Source of the DNA: Chitinivibrionales bacterium
GTDB lineage: Bacteria > Fibrobacterota > Chitinivibrionia > Chitinivibrionales > WJKA01
DNA length: 64,000 nt
Reading direction: 5' to 3'
Assembly: GCA_038247415.1 (NCBI GenBank)
Contig: JBBRUX010000002.1
Span: forward strand, 1-64,000
Made by a program: the position numbers and the translations under genes
The notes under the pieces: generated by a model
The model's input: the letters and a program-made list of their open reading frames with translations, nothing else
Told to the model about the DNA's origin: nothing
Databases searched by the model: none
In this document: positions 20,114 through 30,901 of the stretch, one piece after another
How the letters are laid out: each line of letters begins with the position of its first letter
How positions within the stretch are numbered: the first letter of the stretch is position 1

Positions 20114-22387
20114 TTAATGCATTACAGAAAAGAAAATCCGCTGACTTTGAGATGCACCGCCTCGATCTGTAGAAATCTGCGCGCAATACATACCCATCGA
20201 CAAGAACGAATGTATAGTGCAGGTACGGGATTCGCTTTTTTTGTGCACAATGATGGCCCTACACACTCCTTTGCAATCAAAAATTGATATGCGCACGCTC
20301 TGTGCATCTGCTAGCAAAAAGGACAACGCATTTTTGCGTTGAAAGAGTCGCACGGTACCGCCTTGCGCGCCAAGCACATTGCTCTTGACAGTGGCTGTAT
20401 TCTGACCCGTATGAACCAATACCTTCGATGTAAACGGAGCAAGCTTGATGCTGCCAGAAACGGTTTGACTATCGAGGGTTAAATACACCCCGGTATCCAA
20501 AGCAATTGAACGCGTTAAGGTATCGTCATTGTATACCAATCGCGATGTCCCCCGTAAATCTGTAGGGGGGCTTGTTGCTGATCGAGTAATAATATCGCCC
20601 CGTGCTTTTTGATCTGCCTGGGTCCAATTTGTTTTCCACCACAAAAGGGTTCTGGCGTTTGCATTCCAAACATTTCCCGGTGGAGCATCGTACTGCGAAA
20701 TGACATCGGCACCTACTGGATTGCAATACCAATTACTAGAAATTGTTCCATAGGTATATTCTGGCCGATAGCTGAACGCCTTTTGGTCTACGGCAGTGGC
20801 ATAAAAAACATTCCCCACGATAGAGTCTTGAAGAGGGAGATTGTCGTTTGTATAAAAGCCTCCTTCAAGATGCATCCCGTTTACATTATCATAGCAAACA
20901 TTGCCGCGCACGGTAGAAGAAAAATTATTGGGGAAAAAGATACCATTGCCATGATGCCCATAGGCACAGGTATTATCGATGATTTTCTGCCCTTTAAAAT
21001 GGCTTAAGAATTCGGGCCAAATACCATTTCCCCCATTGAGATGAAACGGACTCCCCTCCCAACTGCCAATAGTATTAAGAATGATATTATTACGAATAAG
21101 TGAAGAATCGCAATTGGTATATATTGCCGCCCCGTCAACAAGTGTTGCCATTGCGTGATTAATAAAGTTATATTCCGCAGTATTTTGCGCACTCCCTAAA
21201 AGTATTGCGGCATATCCTATCGAATCGAAACGACAATTTCGAATGCGCACATGATTTCCTGCGTAAACAACAACACCTGCTGCATGCCATGAACCTTTTC
21301 CGCCATATCCCGGCATAATTCCTTGAGCCACAATGGTATCAGATTCGATGAGTGTTTCGGTAGTAGCAGCAGGATTTTTTACAATGCTAATAGCGACGTT
21401 TTGATTATGCGAAAAAGTGCAATTGACAATCTTGCTCCCTGATGCATTCCAGGTATGGTTGACAGCAACCCCACCACTATCACCCCCAATTCCCGAAAAG
21501 GTACACTGCGAAAGAATGCATTGCCAATCTATCGATACCCCAGTTTTTCGATACTGTCGAAATTCAACATCGCGGACAATTGCTGTTGAAAGCGACATCC
21601 CCGCGTCAAGCACTGTTCCTTCAATCAAGGCAGTTTCAGGCGCTACACCCGGGGGTGGATAGAGATACACACGGCTTGCAGCAGAATCATAGAACCACTC
21701 TCCTGCTGTATCAAGCTCCGATAACTTTCCGTCAAGATAAAATCCCCAATCTGTTTTTCCGTTGCCATCATTTTGAACTGGCGCACCAGCCAATGTCATG
21801 GTGCCAGAAGCAGCATAGCTTTGTATAATTCTTGTATCAAAGTACCAATTCCAATGACGCCACCGCATCCGACAACCATTCCAATATCCAGCAGCATTTT
21901 GAGGGTTTGCACTAAGACCCGAGCATGAAACAATGTGAGATGTCGCATCGTTGGCTGTAGTACGAAAAAAACCACTATTTGGATACCGAGCAATGCGCAT
22001 GAGCATAGTATTGACATAAAGATTCTCGATCGGAGTGCTCATCGTGGCAGAATATACGCCAGCACGACCAGTCCAGGGTGTCCATCCAACAATACGCTGT
22101 GATCCACACATAACGGGCCGATTTCCAGTGCCATATGCTCCCATTTCTCTCCCGCTACCAAGCGATAAACCACCTTCACGAAATACATCACCTCTTTTAA
22201 GCATGATTTTATCACCCGATACTACTTTTGTTAGAGCATAGCCAACCGTTTTAAAGGGCGTGCTTTCACTCTCACCATTAAAACTATTATCCCCAGAAAC
22301 CGAAACATACAAGGTTTTGGCAGGGACAGAAACAGCCATTGCTACAAGCACTATCGCACAGGATGCACAGTGTAGAGAGGGGTGCAT
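20114..22387 (-). CDS. Secreted right-handed beta-helix protein with T9SS-like C-terminal domain
   Basis: Signal peptide; YVSVSGDNSFNG..STPFKT; ARYPN; LDTAGEWFYD; Asn-rich PbH1-like repeats; C-terminal ISIFDCKG...GMYCAQI. Confidence 0.8.
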   Translation of the reverse strand: MHPSLHCASCAIVLVAMAVSVPAKTLYVSVSGDNSFNGESESTPFKTVGYALTKVVSGDKIMLKRGDVFREGGLSLGSGREMGAYGTGNRPVMCGSQRIVGWTPWTGRAGVYSATMSTPIENLYVNTMLMRIARYPNSGFFRTTANDATSHIVSCSGLSANPQNAAGYWNGCRMRWRHWNWYFDTRIIQSYAASGTMTLAGAPVQNDGNGKTDWGFYLDGKLSELDTAGEWFYDSAASRVYLYPPPGVAPETALIEGTVLDAGMSLSTAIVRDVEFRQYRKTGVSIDWQCILSQCTFSGIGGDSGGVAVNHTWNASGSKIVNCTFSHNQNVAISIVKNPAATTETLIESDTIVAQGIMPGYGGKGSWHAAGVVVYAGNHVRIRNCRFDSIGYAAILLGSAQNTAEYNFINHAMATLVDGAAIYTNCDSSLIRNNIILNTIGSWEGSPFHLNGGNGIWPEFLSHFKGQKIIDNTCAYGHHGNGIFFPNNFSSTVRGNVCYDNVNGMHLEGGFYTNDNLPLQDSIVGNVFYATAVDQKAFSYRPEYTYGTISSNWYCNPVGADVISQYDAPPGNVWNANARTLLWWKTNWTQADQKARGDIITRSATSPPTDLRGTSRLVYNDDTLTRSIALDTGVYLTLDSQTVSGSIKLAPFTSKVLVHTGQNTATVKSNVLGAQGGTVRLFQRKNALSFLLADAQSVRISIFDCKGVCRAIIVHKKSESRTCTIHSFLSMGMYCAQISTDRGGASQSQRIFFSVMH

Positions 22388-22575
22388 AAGTGCCTCTTGA
22401 AAAAAAAGGTTAGTCCAAGGAATAATTTTTAAAATACGTCATCTGCCATCGCTGCTCTTTTGTTTCCTCCATTTAAAACATCAAACTTCCGTAGATATTC
22501 ATACATAGTGTATTTTATGATTTCTTTTTAAATTTTCAATCTGGCAGATATCACCTCTTTAACAAGGACCGTGTC

Positions 22576-22959
22576 ATGAAGTTTTTTGGCAAACTCCTGT
22601 TTATAGCAATGGCGTCATCCCTTCTTGTAGTATCATGCGCACGAATGGAAAAACTTGGGCCTCGCTACGATGCCAAACAATGTCCTTTTTGCACCCAAGC
22701 TAAAGGCGTTTGCGCCACATGCCATGGAACCACAGCGTGCAGCTTTTGCAAGGGAACAGGCAAACGAACAACAATCTCAGCCGAATTATCCGACAAACAA
22801 ATGCCCACAGCTACCTATACCGAAGTATGCCCCTATTGCAAAGGATCGGCCAAATGCACGCTGTGTGATGCGACTGGCAAATGCTGGCCATGTCATGGAA
22901 CTGGCGCCATTGAATCGTGGGATTTTTACGCAGCTCATCAACACAAAAAGAGTAATTAA
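22576..22959 (+). CDS. Lipoprotein with six CxxC (DnaJ-type zinc finger-like) motifs
   Basis: Lipobox LVVSC; CPFC, CATCHG, CSFCKGTG, CPYCKG, CTLC, CWPCHGTG. Confidence 0.7.
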   Translation: MKFFGKLLFIAMASSLLVVSCARMEKLGPRYDAKQCPFCTQAKGVCATCHGTTACSFCKGTGKRTTISAELSDKQMPTATYTEVCPYCKGSAKCTLCDATGKCWPCHGTGAIESWDFYAAHQHKKSN

Positions 22960-22973
22960 AAAAGGAAGTTTAT

Positions 22974-24482
22974 ATGAATAACAAACCAGTATGTCTTATT
23001 ATCCGCGACGGTTGGGGCAAAGGAAAAGACGAACCATCAAATGCTATTTACATGGCTAAAACTCCCTTTACCGATGCCTACGAAAAAGAAAACCCAACAA
23101 CCCTTGTCGAAACATCGGGCTTGTCTGTTGGGTTACCACGGGGGTACATGGGCAATAGCGAAGTTGGACATCTTAATATTGGCGCCGGAAGAGTTGTATA
23201 TCAGAGTCTTACCCGCATTGATAAATCAATCGAAGATGGCGATTTTTTTACCAATGCAAATCTTCTGAAAGCTATCGATACTGCCACAGCACGCAAGAGC
23301 ACCATACATCTTATAGGACTTATCCAAGAAGAAGGAGTACATTCGGTAACTCGTCATTGTCATGCACTTCTTAAGCTTTGCAAACAGCACAACTTCTCTA
23401 ATGTTCTGGTTCATGGTATCTCCGATGGTCGTGACACCGCCCCAAAATCTGCTCTCGAGCATTTTACTTTTTTACAAAAGGGTATCGACGAAATCGGTAT
23501 TGGCCGCGTTGCAACAGTTATTGGTCGTTACTATGCCATGGATCGTGATAATCGATGGGATAGAACCCAACTTGCCTACGACTCTCTTATGAGCGGCACA
23601 GGAAAAAAAGTTTCTTCCTGGAAAGAAGCTATCGATTCTGCCTATGCAGAAAAAGTCAACGACGAATTTATTAAGCCTTGCACTATCAATTTTTCGGGTA
23701 TTAAAGACGATGATGTTATTATATTCTTTAATTTCCGCTTCGATCGTACCCGTCAACTCACCAAGGCATTTGTAGAAAAAGATTTTGGCGATTTTCCTGT
23801 TAGGAAAAACAATATCCTGCTTGTTGCCATGACTCACTATTACGATAATGGTAATTTTTTGGAAGTATATCCAGAAATGGAAAACGATAACCTTTTAGGC
23901 GGTGTTCTTGCCAATGCGGGTTTAAAACAATTACGCTGCGCTGAAACAGAAAAGTATGCTCATGTTACGTTCTTTTTTAACGGCCAGCTTAATGACCCCT
24001 TTAGCAATGAAGACCGCATTCTTGTCAGTAGCCCAAAGGTTGCAACCTACGATTTACAACCCGAAATGAGCGCCTTTGAAGTACGCGACAAACTGGTTGA
24101 AGCAATCAACAGTAAAAAATATGATGTGATTATCACCAATTTTGCCAATTGCGATATGGTTGGCCATACCGGCTTTTTCGATGCGATTATTAAAGCTGTC
24201 GAAACAGTCGACTTGTGTGTCAATGATGTCGTTCAAGCAGTGCGTGCGCTCGGTGGTGTATGTATTCTTACAGCCGATCATGGCAATGCCGATCAAACCC
24301 AGCTTCCCGATGGCTCTCCCATGACCGCACACACAACCAATCCTGTTCCCCTTACTATTGTTGGAGCGGGTTCGCGCACGGTTCGCGCCAATGGCAAGCT
24401 CGCCGATATTGCGCCTACCATGCTCGATCTTTTAGGCATTGCAAAGCCAGCCGACATGACCGGCGAATCGTTGCTCGTGTAA
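22974..24482 (+). CDS. gpmI: 2,3-bisphosphoglycerate-independent phosphoglycerate mutase
   Basis: MGNSEVGH, GRYYAMDRD, AETEKYAHVTFF, DMVGHTG and TADHGN motifs. Confidence 0.97.
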   Translation: MNNKPVCLIIRDGWGKGKDEPSNAIYMAKTPFTDAYEKENPTTLVETSGLSVGLPRGYMGNSEVGHLNIGAGRVVYQSLTRIDKSIEDGDFFTNANLLKAIDTATARKSTIHLIGLIQEEGVHSVTRHCHALLKLCKQHNFSNVLVHGISDGRDTAPKSALEHFTFLQKGIDEIGIGRVATVIGRYYAMDRDNRWDRTQLAYDSLMSGTGKKVSSWKEAIDSAYAEKVNDEFIKPCTINFSGIKDDDVIIFFNFRFDRTRQLTKAFVEKDFGDFPVRKNNILLVAMTHYYDNGNFLEVYPEMENDNLLGGVLANAGLKQLRCAETEKYAHVTFFFNGQLNDPFSNEDRILVSSPKVATYDLQPEMSAFEVRDKLVEAINSKKYDVIITNFANCDMVGHTGFFDAIIKAVETVDLCVNDVVQAVRALGGVCILTADHGNADQTQLPDGSPMTAHTTNPVPLTIVGAGSRTVRANGKLADIAPTMLDLLGIAKPADMTGESLLV

Positions 24483-24484
24483 CC

Positions 24485-26131
24485 ATGAAAGTTGCACTTT
24501 GTCAGTTTAACCCTCGTGTGGGTGATTGTAGAGGAAATGCTGAGCGCATCATGGAAATGGTTCGCTCGTACTCACAATCAGGCGCCGAACTCTTTGTTTT
24601 TCCAGAATTATGCATTCAGGGTTATCCTCCCAAAGATCTTCTTACTACACGCATTCTTGAGCAAACAACACATCACGCACTAGAATTGCTGTGTGATTTT
24701 TCAAAAACGATTCCTACCTGCGGTTTATGCATTGGTACTGCAACCTATCACACCTGTAAACCAGGCAGAGGCCTTTACAACAGTGCTGTACTTATCGAAA
24801 ATGGCAGCATCCTCTTTACGCAAAACAAAACGCTCTTGCCAACCTACGATGTATTTGATGAGACTCGCTATTTTGATCCGGCTCCCGCTCGCAGGTGTTT
24901 TGTTTTTCATGGTGAACACCTTGGCATCACAATTTGTGAAGATGCGTGGAACAGTGCCGACACATCCGATCCTTTGTATGCGCATAATCCTGTTGCCGAA
25001 CTATGCGCTCAAGGCGCTACAATTCTTGTCAACCTTTCTGCTTCTCCTTTCCATATGGGCAAGCAACGCGCACGCAGCCACCTAATGGCCATGCATGCAA
25101 AAACCAATGCTGTTCCCTTTATCTTTGTAAATCAGGTTGGAGGAAACGACGACCTTATTTTCGATGGCGCATCACTCTGTATAAGCAGTAATGGTTCTAT
25201 CATTTCCGCTGCCCCCTCTTTTAAGGAAGCCGTGATTGTTACCAACACCACTTCGCACACAACTCAATCTCTTGAGAGCTTGCCCTTCGATTCCATTGAG
25301 CAGGTGCACGATGCCCTTTGTTTGGGAATTACCGATTATGTGACCAAATGTGGCTTTACAAAAGGACTTATTGGATTATCAGGAGGAATAGATTCTGCTG
25401 TTGTTTGTGCACTTGCAGTACAAGCACTAGGCCCACAAAATGTTGTTGGCATCACCATGCCGTCGCGGTATAGCTCAGAAGGAAGTGTCAACGATTCGTT
25501 AATTCTTGCAAAAAATTTACATATCGCCATCGAAACAATACCCATAGAGCCACTGCACACATCATTTACCGAAACAATGCTTCCGCTCTTTGCGGGCACC
25601 CCATCAAATCTTGCAGAAGAAAATGTACAGGCACGTTTACGCGGAACAATTCTTATGGCGTATTCAAATAAATTTGGCCATCTGCTTTTAACAACGGGCA
25701 ACAAGAGTGAAATGGCCGTTGGCTATTGTACTCTGTATGGAGACATGAATGGCGGCCTTGCCGTAATCGCCGACCTTCCAAAAACCCGTGTGTACGAACT
25801 TGCACATTATATCAATCGAAGCAAAGAAATTATTCCTTTAGCAACTATCCAAAAGCCACCATCTGCAGAATTACGTCCCGATCAAAAAGATCAGGATACT
25901 CTGCCGCCCTATGAAACTCTCGATGCAATTTTAGAATTGCTCATCGAAGATGGATTAACATCTACGGAAATTATCAAACAAGGTTTTGATGCAACTACTG
26001 TCAACTTTATTACCACAGCAATCCGCATTTCCGAATACAAGCGCCGTCAAGCTGCTCCAGGACTTAAAGTAACATCGAAAGCTTTTGGGATTGGCCGTCG
26101 TTTTCCTATTGCTTCCCAGTACGAACTCTAA
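24485..26131 (+). CDS. nadE: Glutamine-dependent NAD+ synthetase
   Basis: Nitrilase domain (FPEL, ICEDAW) plus GLSGGIDS, ENVQAR, TTGNKSE and PSAEL; start placed at ATG 24485. Confidence 0.95.
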   Translation: MKVALCQFNPRVGDCRGNAERIMEMVRSYSQSGAELFVFPELCIQGYPPKDLLTTRILEQTTHHALELLCDFSKTIPTCGLCIGTATYHTCKPGRGLYNSAVLIENGSILFTQNKTLLPTYDVFDETRYFDPAPARRCFVFHGEHLGITICEDAWNSADTSDPLYAHNPVAELCAQGATILVNLSASPFHMGKQRARSHLMAMHAKTNAVPFIFVNQVGGNDDLIFDGASLCISSNGSIISAAPSFKEAVIVTNTTSHTTQSLESLPFDSIEQVHDALCLGITDYVTKCGFTKGLIGLSGGIDSAVVCALAVQALGPQNVVGITMPSRYSSEGSVNDSLILAKNLHIAIETIPIEPLHTSFTETMLPLFAGTPSNLAEENVQARLRGTILMAYSNKFGHLLLTTGNKSEMAVGYCTLYGDMNGGLAVIADLPKTRVYELAHYINRSKEIIPLATIQKPPSAELRPDQKDQDTLPPYETLDAILELLIEDGLTSTEIIKQGFDATTVNFITTAIRISEYKRRQAAPGLKVTSKAFGIGRRFPIASQYEL

Positions 26132-26160
26132 TAGTAGGTTACCATTCGAAAGTATATTTC

Positions 26161-27297
26161 ATGGCCACACTTGTTTTAAGTATATCGGCGCTCTATCTAG
26201 GAATAACGCTTCTGTTATTACGCGGCCTTTTAAAAACCGCAAAAACAACTCAGCATAAACCCTTCCAGCATTCTTTTTCGATTGTTATTGCTGCCCATAA
26301 CGAAGAAGAAACCATTGTCGATTGTCTCAATTCGGTTTGTAATCAAACTATTAACGCGAGCAGATTTGAAGTCATCGTTGTAAACGATCGCTCCACCGAT
26401 GCCACGGCACAACGCATAGCAGAATGTATGCTTAGGTTTCCTAACCTCTGCACCATATCCATCACCCATACAGAAAAAACTATTGCTCCTAAAAAGCATG
26501 CTGTTCTAAAAGGGATTGCCGCTGCCCATAATCCAATAATTGTATTTACCGATGCAGATTGCAGAGTTCCAGCTACCTGGCTTGTAAGCATTGACACGTG
26601 CTTAGCTCCAGAAGTCATGCTTATGCAAGGCATAACCAAACATGTGCAATTGCCCTCAATGAATCCGGTTTTTTTTAGGATGCAAGCTCTTGATTTTTGT
26701 TCTCATGGCATAATTGCTGCTGCTGGTATAGGATGCAGTATTCCCATCAACAGCAATGCCAATAACATGGCATTTAGAAAAAGCGCCTTTGATACCATAG
26801 GCGGCTATGGTGGAAACGAAAAAGTTGTTCTTGGGGATGATGATTTACTCGTGCAAAAGATTTCTTCTTTGGGGAAAAAGGCACTTTTGTTTAATACCGA
26901 TCCTTCGGGCAGTGTTGTAACACTTCCAACTAAAACAATAGGGGAACTTTTTGAGCAACGCAAAAAATGGGGTTCTGTAGCGGTTCATTATGGTCCTCAA
27001 CAGCTTGCGCTGCTCGGAACGATTTTTTGTTTTTATGCGCTTTTAGCTTTTTTACTTATCGCATCTATTGTATATCCTGCTTGGATAATTTGGGCCTTTT
27101 GTATGCTTGGCGTAAAAGTACTCGGCGAATTATTTCTTTTATGGCCCGGCACAAAAATATTTAATGCACAAGATTTACGAGCAGTCATTATTCCTTCATC
27201 GATTTTGCATTTGCCAATGGTGCTCATAGCAGTAGTTATGGGTACGTTTTTTAAATTCGATTGGAAAGGTCAGAAATTCAAAAGAACTCTTAAGTGA
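26161..27297 (+). CDS. Glycosyltransferase family 2 (membrane)
   Basis: IAAHNEE, NDRSTD, FTDADC, GDDD and QRKKW motifs. Confidence 0.9.
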   Translation: MATLVLSISALYLGITLLLLRGLLKTAKTTQHKPFQHSFSIVIAAHNEEETIVDCLNSVCNQTINASRFEVIVVNDRSTDATAQRIAECMLRFPNLCTISITHTEKTIAPKKHAVLKGIAAAHNPIIVFTDADCRVPATWLVSIDTCLAPEVMLMQGITKHVQLPSMNPVFFRMQALDFCSHGIIAAAGIGCSIPINSNANNMAFRKSAFDTIGGYGGNEKVVLGDDDLLVQKISSLGKKALLFNTDPSGSVVTLPTKTIGELFEQRKKWGSVAVHYGPQQLALLGTIFCFYALLAFLLIASIVYPAWIIWAFCMLGVKVLGELFLLWPGTKIFNAQDLRAVIIPSSILHLPMVLIAVVMGTFFKFDWKGQKFKRTLK

Positions 27298-27332
27298 CTC
27301 TTTTTTTTCGATTTTATACCAAAGGAAATTCT

Positions 27333-28349
27333 ATGACAATTCAAGAAGCTATATCGCTTTTAACGCATAAGAATCACTTGACAGTAGAAGATACTCAAGA
27401 TGCTTTTCGTGAAATCATGAATGGGCAAGCGTCCCCCGCCCAGATCGGTGCCTTTATTGTTGCACTGCGCATGAAAGGTGAAACCATCGAGGAGATCACC
27501 GGTGCCGTAATGGTCATGCGCGAAAAAGTAACCCGCATTATCCCCAGCAGTACCAAATACCTAATCGATACCTGCGGAACCGGCGGGGATGGTTCTAACT
27601 CCTTTAATATTTCTACCGCTACAGCGTTTGTTGCTGCTGGTGCAGGGGCACTCGTTGCCAAACATGGTAACCGATCTGTTTCCAGTCGCTGCGGAAGCGC
27701 CGATGTGCTTGAATCTCTTGGTGTCAACGTAACCATTTCTCCCGAGCTTGTAACGCGCTGCATCAATGAAATTGGAATAGGCTTTTTATTTGCGCAAACG
27801 CTCCATGGAGCCATGAAATTTGCTGCTGGCCCTCGCAAAGAAATAGGAATTAAATCGATTTTTAATATTCTGGGTCCTCTTACCAATCCTGCTTTTGCCC
27901 CAGGACAAGTACTTGGAGTTTTTTCACCAGACTTAACAAATGTTATGGCTCATGTGCTGCGTAATGTTGGAACGCAAAGGGCATTTATCGTACACGGCAA
28001 GGATGGCTTGGACGAAATTTCAATAACATCCGAAACATTAATTTCCGAACTTTGTAATAATACGATTACAAGCTATACAGTTACTCCTTCGCAATTTGGC
28101 TTTGAGCTTGCTTCCAAAGACTCTTTACTGGGTGGATCTGCCCAAGATAATGCATGTATCATCAAGGCCATTTTCGACGGACAAAAAGGAGCACCTCGAG
28201 ATATCGTGGTGCTTAACGCGGGTTTTGCATTAGTAGCCGCAGGCATTGCTCAATCACCCCAAGAAGGAATACAGCGTGCAATGAAATCTATCGATTCTGG
28301 TTCGGCCCGTACAAAACTTGAGGAGCTTGTTTTATTAACAAATAGTTAA
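27333..28349 (+). CDS. trpD: Anthranilate phosphoribosyltransferase
   Basis: DTCGTGGDG, FNISTA, KHGNRSVSS..GSAD and GLDE motifs. Confidence 0.96.
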   Translation: MTIQEAISLLTHKNHLTVEDTQDAFREIMNGQASPAQIGAFIVALRMKGETIEEITGAVMVMREKVTRIIPSSTKYLIDTCGTGGDGSNSFNISTATAFVAAGAGALVAKHGNRSVSSRCGSADVLESLGVNVTISPELVTRCINEIGIGFLFAQTLHGAMKFAAGPRKEIGIKSIFNILGPLTNPAFAPGQVLGVFSPDLTNVMAHVLRNVGTQRAFIVHGKDGLDEISITSETLISELCNNTITSYTVTPSQFGFELASKDSLLGGSAQDNACIIKAIFDGQKGAPRDIVVLNAGFALVAAGIAQSPQEGIQRAMKSIDSGSARTKLEELVLLTNS

Positions 28350-28406
28350 TTTTTTCGATCTCATTCTTTAACAACGAAGTCTGTATGAAATCCTATGGTG
28401 ATGGAA

Positions 28407-28802
28407 CTAAACTTTTTGTTTCAACGTTGCGGCCATTTCTTTTGTAAGTGTTTTAAATCGCACAAGATGAACCGAAACGCCCACTGCTATAAGACCCACG
28501 GCAACTTTCATCCAAAAAATATGCACAATAAATACTGCAGAAATTGTGATGGTTATCCACAAAAACACAAGTGCCGAAATTTTGGCTTTTTTAGGTATAG
28601 CGCGAAATTGAAGGTATGATTTTATATAAAAACCAAAAATTTTATGATTTACAAGCCAAGCATGCTTTTTTGGAGAACTTTTAAGAAAACAAACTGCAGC
28701 AAGAATTAGAAACGGAGTTGTTGGCAAAAGAGGAACAAAGATCCCTGCTATGCCTATTCCCAAGACACAATAGCCGGCACATAGATATAGAAATTTTTTC
28801 AT
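28407..28802 (-). CDS. YbaN/DUF454 inner membrane protein
   Basis: GIFVPLLPTTPFLILAA.CF..SS motif. Confidence 0.9.
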   Translation of the reverse strand: MKKFLYLCAGYCVLGIGIAGIFVPLLPTTPFLILAAVCFLKSSPKKHAWLVNHKIFGFYIKSYLQFRAIPKKAKISALVFLWITITISAVFIVHIFWMKVAVGLIAVGVSVHLVRFKTLTKEMAATLKQKV

Positions 28803-28965
28803 AGTTAACACGCCTGGCTTAAAATATAGTTCATTATGTCCTTATTAAATAGAGTCTTTTAGAGCTTTTTGTATTTTTCTATTCATGTATATGATCGTTC
28901 GCATGTATTTTCTAGCACGCAGACCTCACGTGAGCGCTTAACTATTTTTTAAAAAGATTACTACA

Positions 28966-29904
28966 ATGAATAATTTACAAGGTACGCTTCCAGAGTATCC
29001 TTACATTGAGCTCTATAATGATTCCCTTAAAGTGATCATCTATCAACCCGACGCCAATAATGGTTATTATCGAGGGTCACGATTTGACTGGGCGGGAATG
29101 ATAGGCCCGGTAACGTATAAAGGCCATTCCTTTTTTAGCCATTGGGCCCTTCCCCATAATCCCCTTAATCCCGAACACGGGATTGGACCTGTAGAAGAAT
29201 TTGGTGTAGATAGCGCCTTAGGCTACGACTCTACTGCACGTGGTGATACCTTTATTAAAATTGGCGTTGGCAAACTGATACGACCAGTCGATAGGGAAAA
29301 GTATTTTTTTGGGCACCGTTATACTATTCAGGAGCCGGAGCAATGGGATATCGCCCACACTGATACATCCATTTCTTTTACCCAAAATTTATCCGACGAA
29401 AAAGGATGGGGATATAGCTATGTCAAAACAATTATGCTTGATAACAATGTCATTACCATAAAGCATGATCTTAGAAATACAGGGTTGCATAAAATTAAAA
29501 CCGACGTTTACACGCACAATTTTATCGCCATCGATAACGAACCCATTAACGAACATTACCAAGTCACCTTTGGATTCATGCCACCTCTCACCCGGGCCAT
29601 TATCGATCGATTTGCCAGCTACGCATCTTTACACGATAATTGTATTACGATCACCAAACAAGTTGATGGAAAGCCGCTCTTTGCCACGTTCGATGGGTTA
29701 ACCAAGAGCATTGCGGAAAATTATGCAAAGGTAGAAAATCTTCTTACAGGGGCATCAATAACAATAGAGGGCTCTCATGCGCCCGATCAATATCGGTTTT
29801 GGGCTTGCACATCGGCGATATGCCCGGAGCCTTTTATTGCAATTGATGTAAACCCAGGAGAAGCGTTCTCCTGGGATACAAAATTTACATTTGAAAGTAG
29901 GTGA
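28966..29904 (+). CDS. Conserved hypothetical protein, galactose-mutarotase-like fold
   Basis: GYYRGSRFDWAG, YTHNF and CPEPF motifs. Confidence 0.65.
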   Translation: MNNLQGTLPEYPYIELYNDSLKVIIYQPDANNGYYRGSRFDWAGMIGPVTYKGHSFFSHWALPHNPLNPEHGIGPVEEFGVDSALGYDSTARGDTFIKIGVGKLIRPVDREKYFFGHRYTIQEPEQWDIAHTDTSISFTQNLSDEKGWGYSYVKTIMLDNNVITIKHDLRNTGLHKIKTDVYTHNFIAIDNEPINEHYQVTFGFMPPLTRAIIDRFASYASLHDNCITITKQVDGKPLFATFDGLTKSIAENYAKVENLLTGASITIEGSHAPDQYRFWACTSAICPEPFIAIDVNPGEAFSWDTKFTFESR

Positions 29905-29984
29905 TAAACTTACGGCATTTTTAATACCCGCTAAAAAGTCTTGCCCTATCATCAGATTGCCCATTATGTGCTGTAAACACATGC

Positions 29985-30329
29985 TTAATTCCTGGCACAT
30001 GCGCAACAGTTACTATTGATGCTATGCGTTGCTAATACTGTTGTAATTTTTTGTGGATCGATCTTTAAAAGTTTCATTTCGCGAATATCCGTTGCGCTAT
30101 TAACGCCAGCGTCGATAGAAATAAATGTTCCGTCTTCATTGGGAATGAGAAACAAGTCCGATATACCTGTTTTAACTTCATATCCAGAAGGCAATCGCTG
30201 AGATGTTTCTATAAGAGAAAATCGTTTCATTTCCATGTTAAACTGTATACCAAGAAGAGCCACAGCACCAACAATAAATATCACCACAATTCCCGTAATG
30301 ATCAATAAAGATTTTACCGTTTTATTCAT
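29985..30329 (-). pseudogene. 3'-truncated metallo-beta-lactamase-fold hydrolase
   Basis: ISIDAG...DPQKITTVLATHS breaks off at the start of the HxHxDH motif. Confidence 0.6.
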
Positions 30330-30418
30330 CTCAATGCTCCATTTTGTATTTATAGTTTTGGTTTTTTATGGTTTATCGCTTTTGTTAACTTACATGAAGT
30401 AAGCCCAGCAGTATTTCA

Positions 30419-30552
30419 AGGAATCCGGTCATTTCATCCTTAATGCACCGAGTGGGTTACATCGAAAAAATGGGAACTGGCATCAATAGGATCAAAAGAA
30501 GAATCTATACAGCGGGTCAACCAAAAAAGGCTCCTGGCAGATCATAGAATAG
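30419..30552 (+). pseudogene. Remnant of ATP-binding regulator (HATPase_c_4/RecG-C-like with terminal HTH)
   Basis: Manual translation RNPVISSLMHRVGYIEKMGTGINRI, then in another frame GSTKKGSWQIIE*. Confidence 0.6.
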
Positions 30553-30601
30553 GGATTGCCGAAGGCTTCGGTATCAAGATTAAAAAGGGTGGTATCATAA
30601 A

Positions 30602-30901
30602 ATGAAAAATGCATCTGAATCACAGATTATTTTCTATCTAGCCGAAGATGGTACAATTAAGCTCGATGTACCGTCAGAGGACAAAACGGTCTGGCTGACA
30701 CAAGCGCATATGGGTGATTGTGTTTCTGTTTTGCTCCCCGAAGATGACGCGAAGTTTACTAAGGTAACCTATAACTATTATGAGCAATTGAATGGCTCTA
30801 CCTATCTTAAATCACTCGGAATAGGCTATCATTTTTATCAAGACAAATATACATATGCTTTTAATAAATTCTTTTCACAATCGAGTTCTCATGAAGAATA
30901 A
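30602..30901 (+). pseudogene. RhuM-like N-terminal fragment fused to unrelated sequence
   Basis: IIFYLAEDGTIKLDV...KTVWLTQAHM matches the RhuM-family N-terminus; similarity ends at about 30712. Confidence 0.6.

Noticed and set aside
22680..22900. c-type cytochrome from CATCH/CWPCH motifs
   Set aside because: Both sit within CxxCxGxG DnaJ-like repeats alongside four His-less CxxC motifs, so heme binding is not supported.
24260..24484. N-terminal extension of NadE in the ORF track (likewise 51275-51400 for EnvC and 57807-57914 for Dut)
   Set aside because: These overlap the upstream genes; family homology begins at downstream starts.
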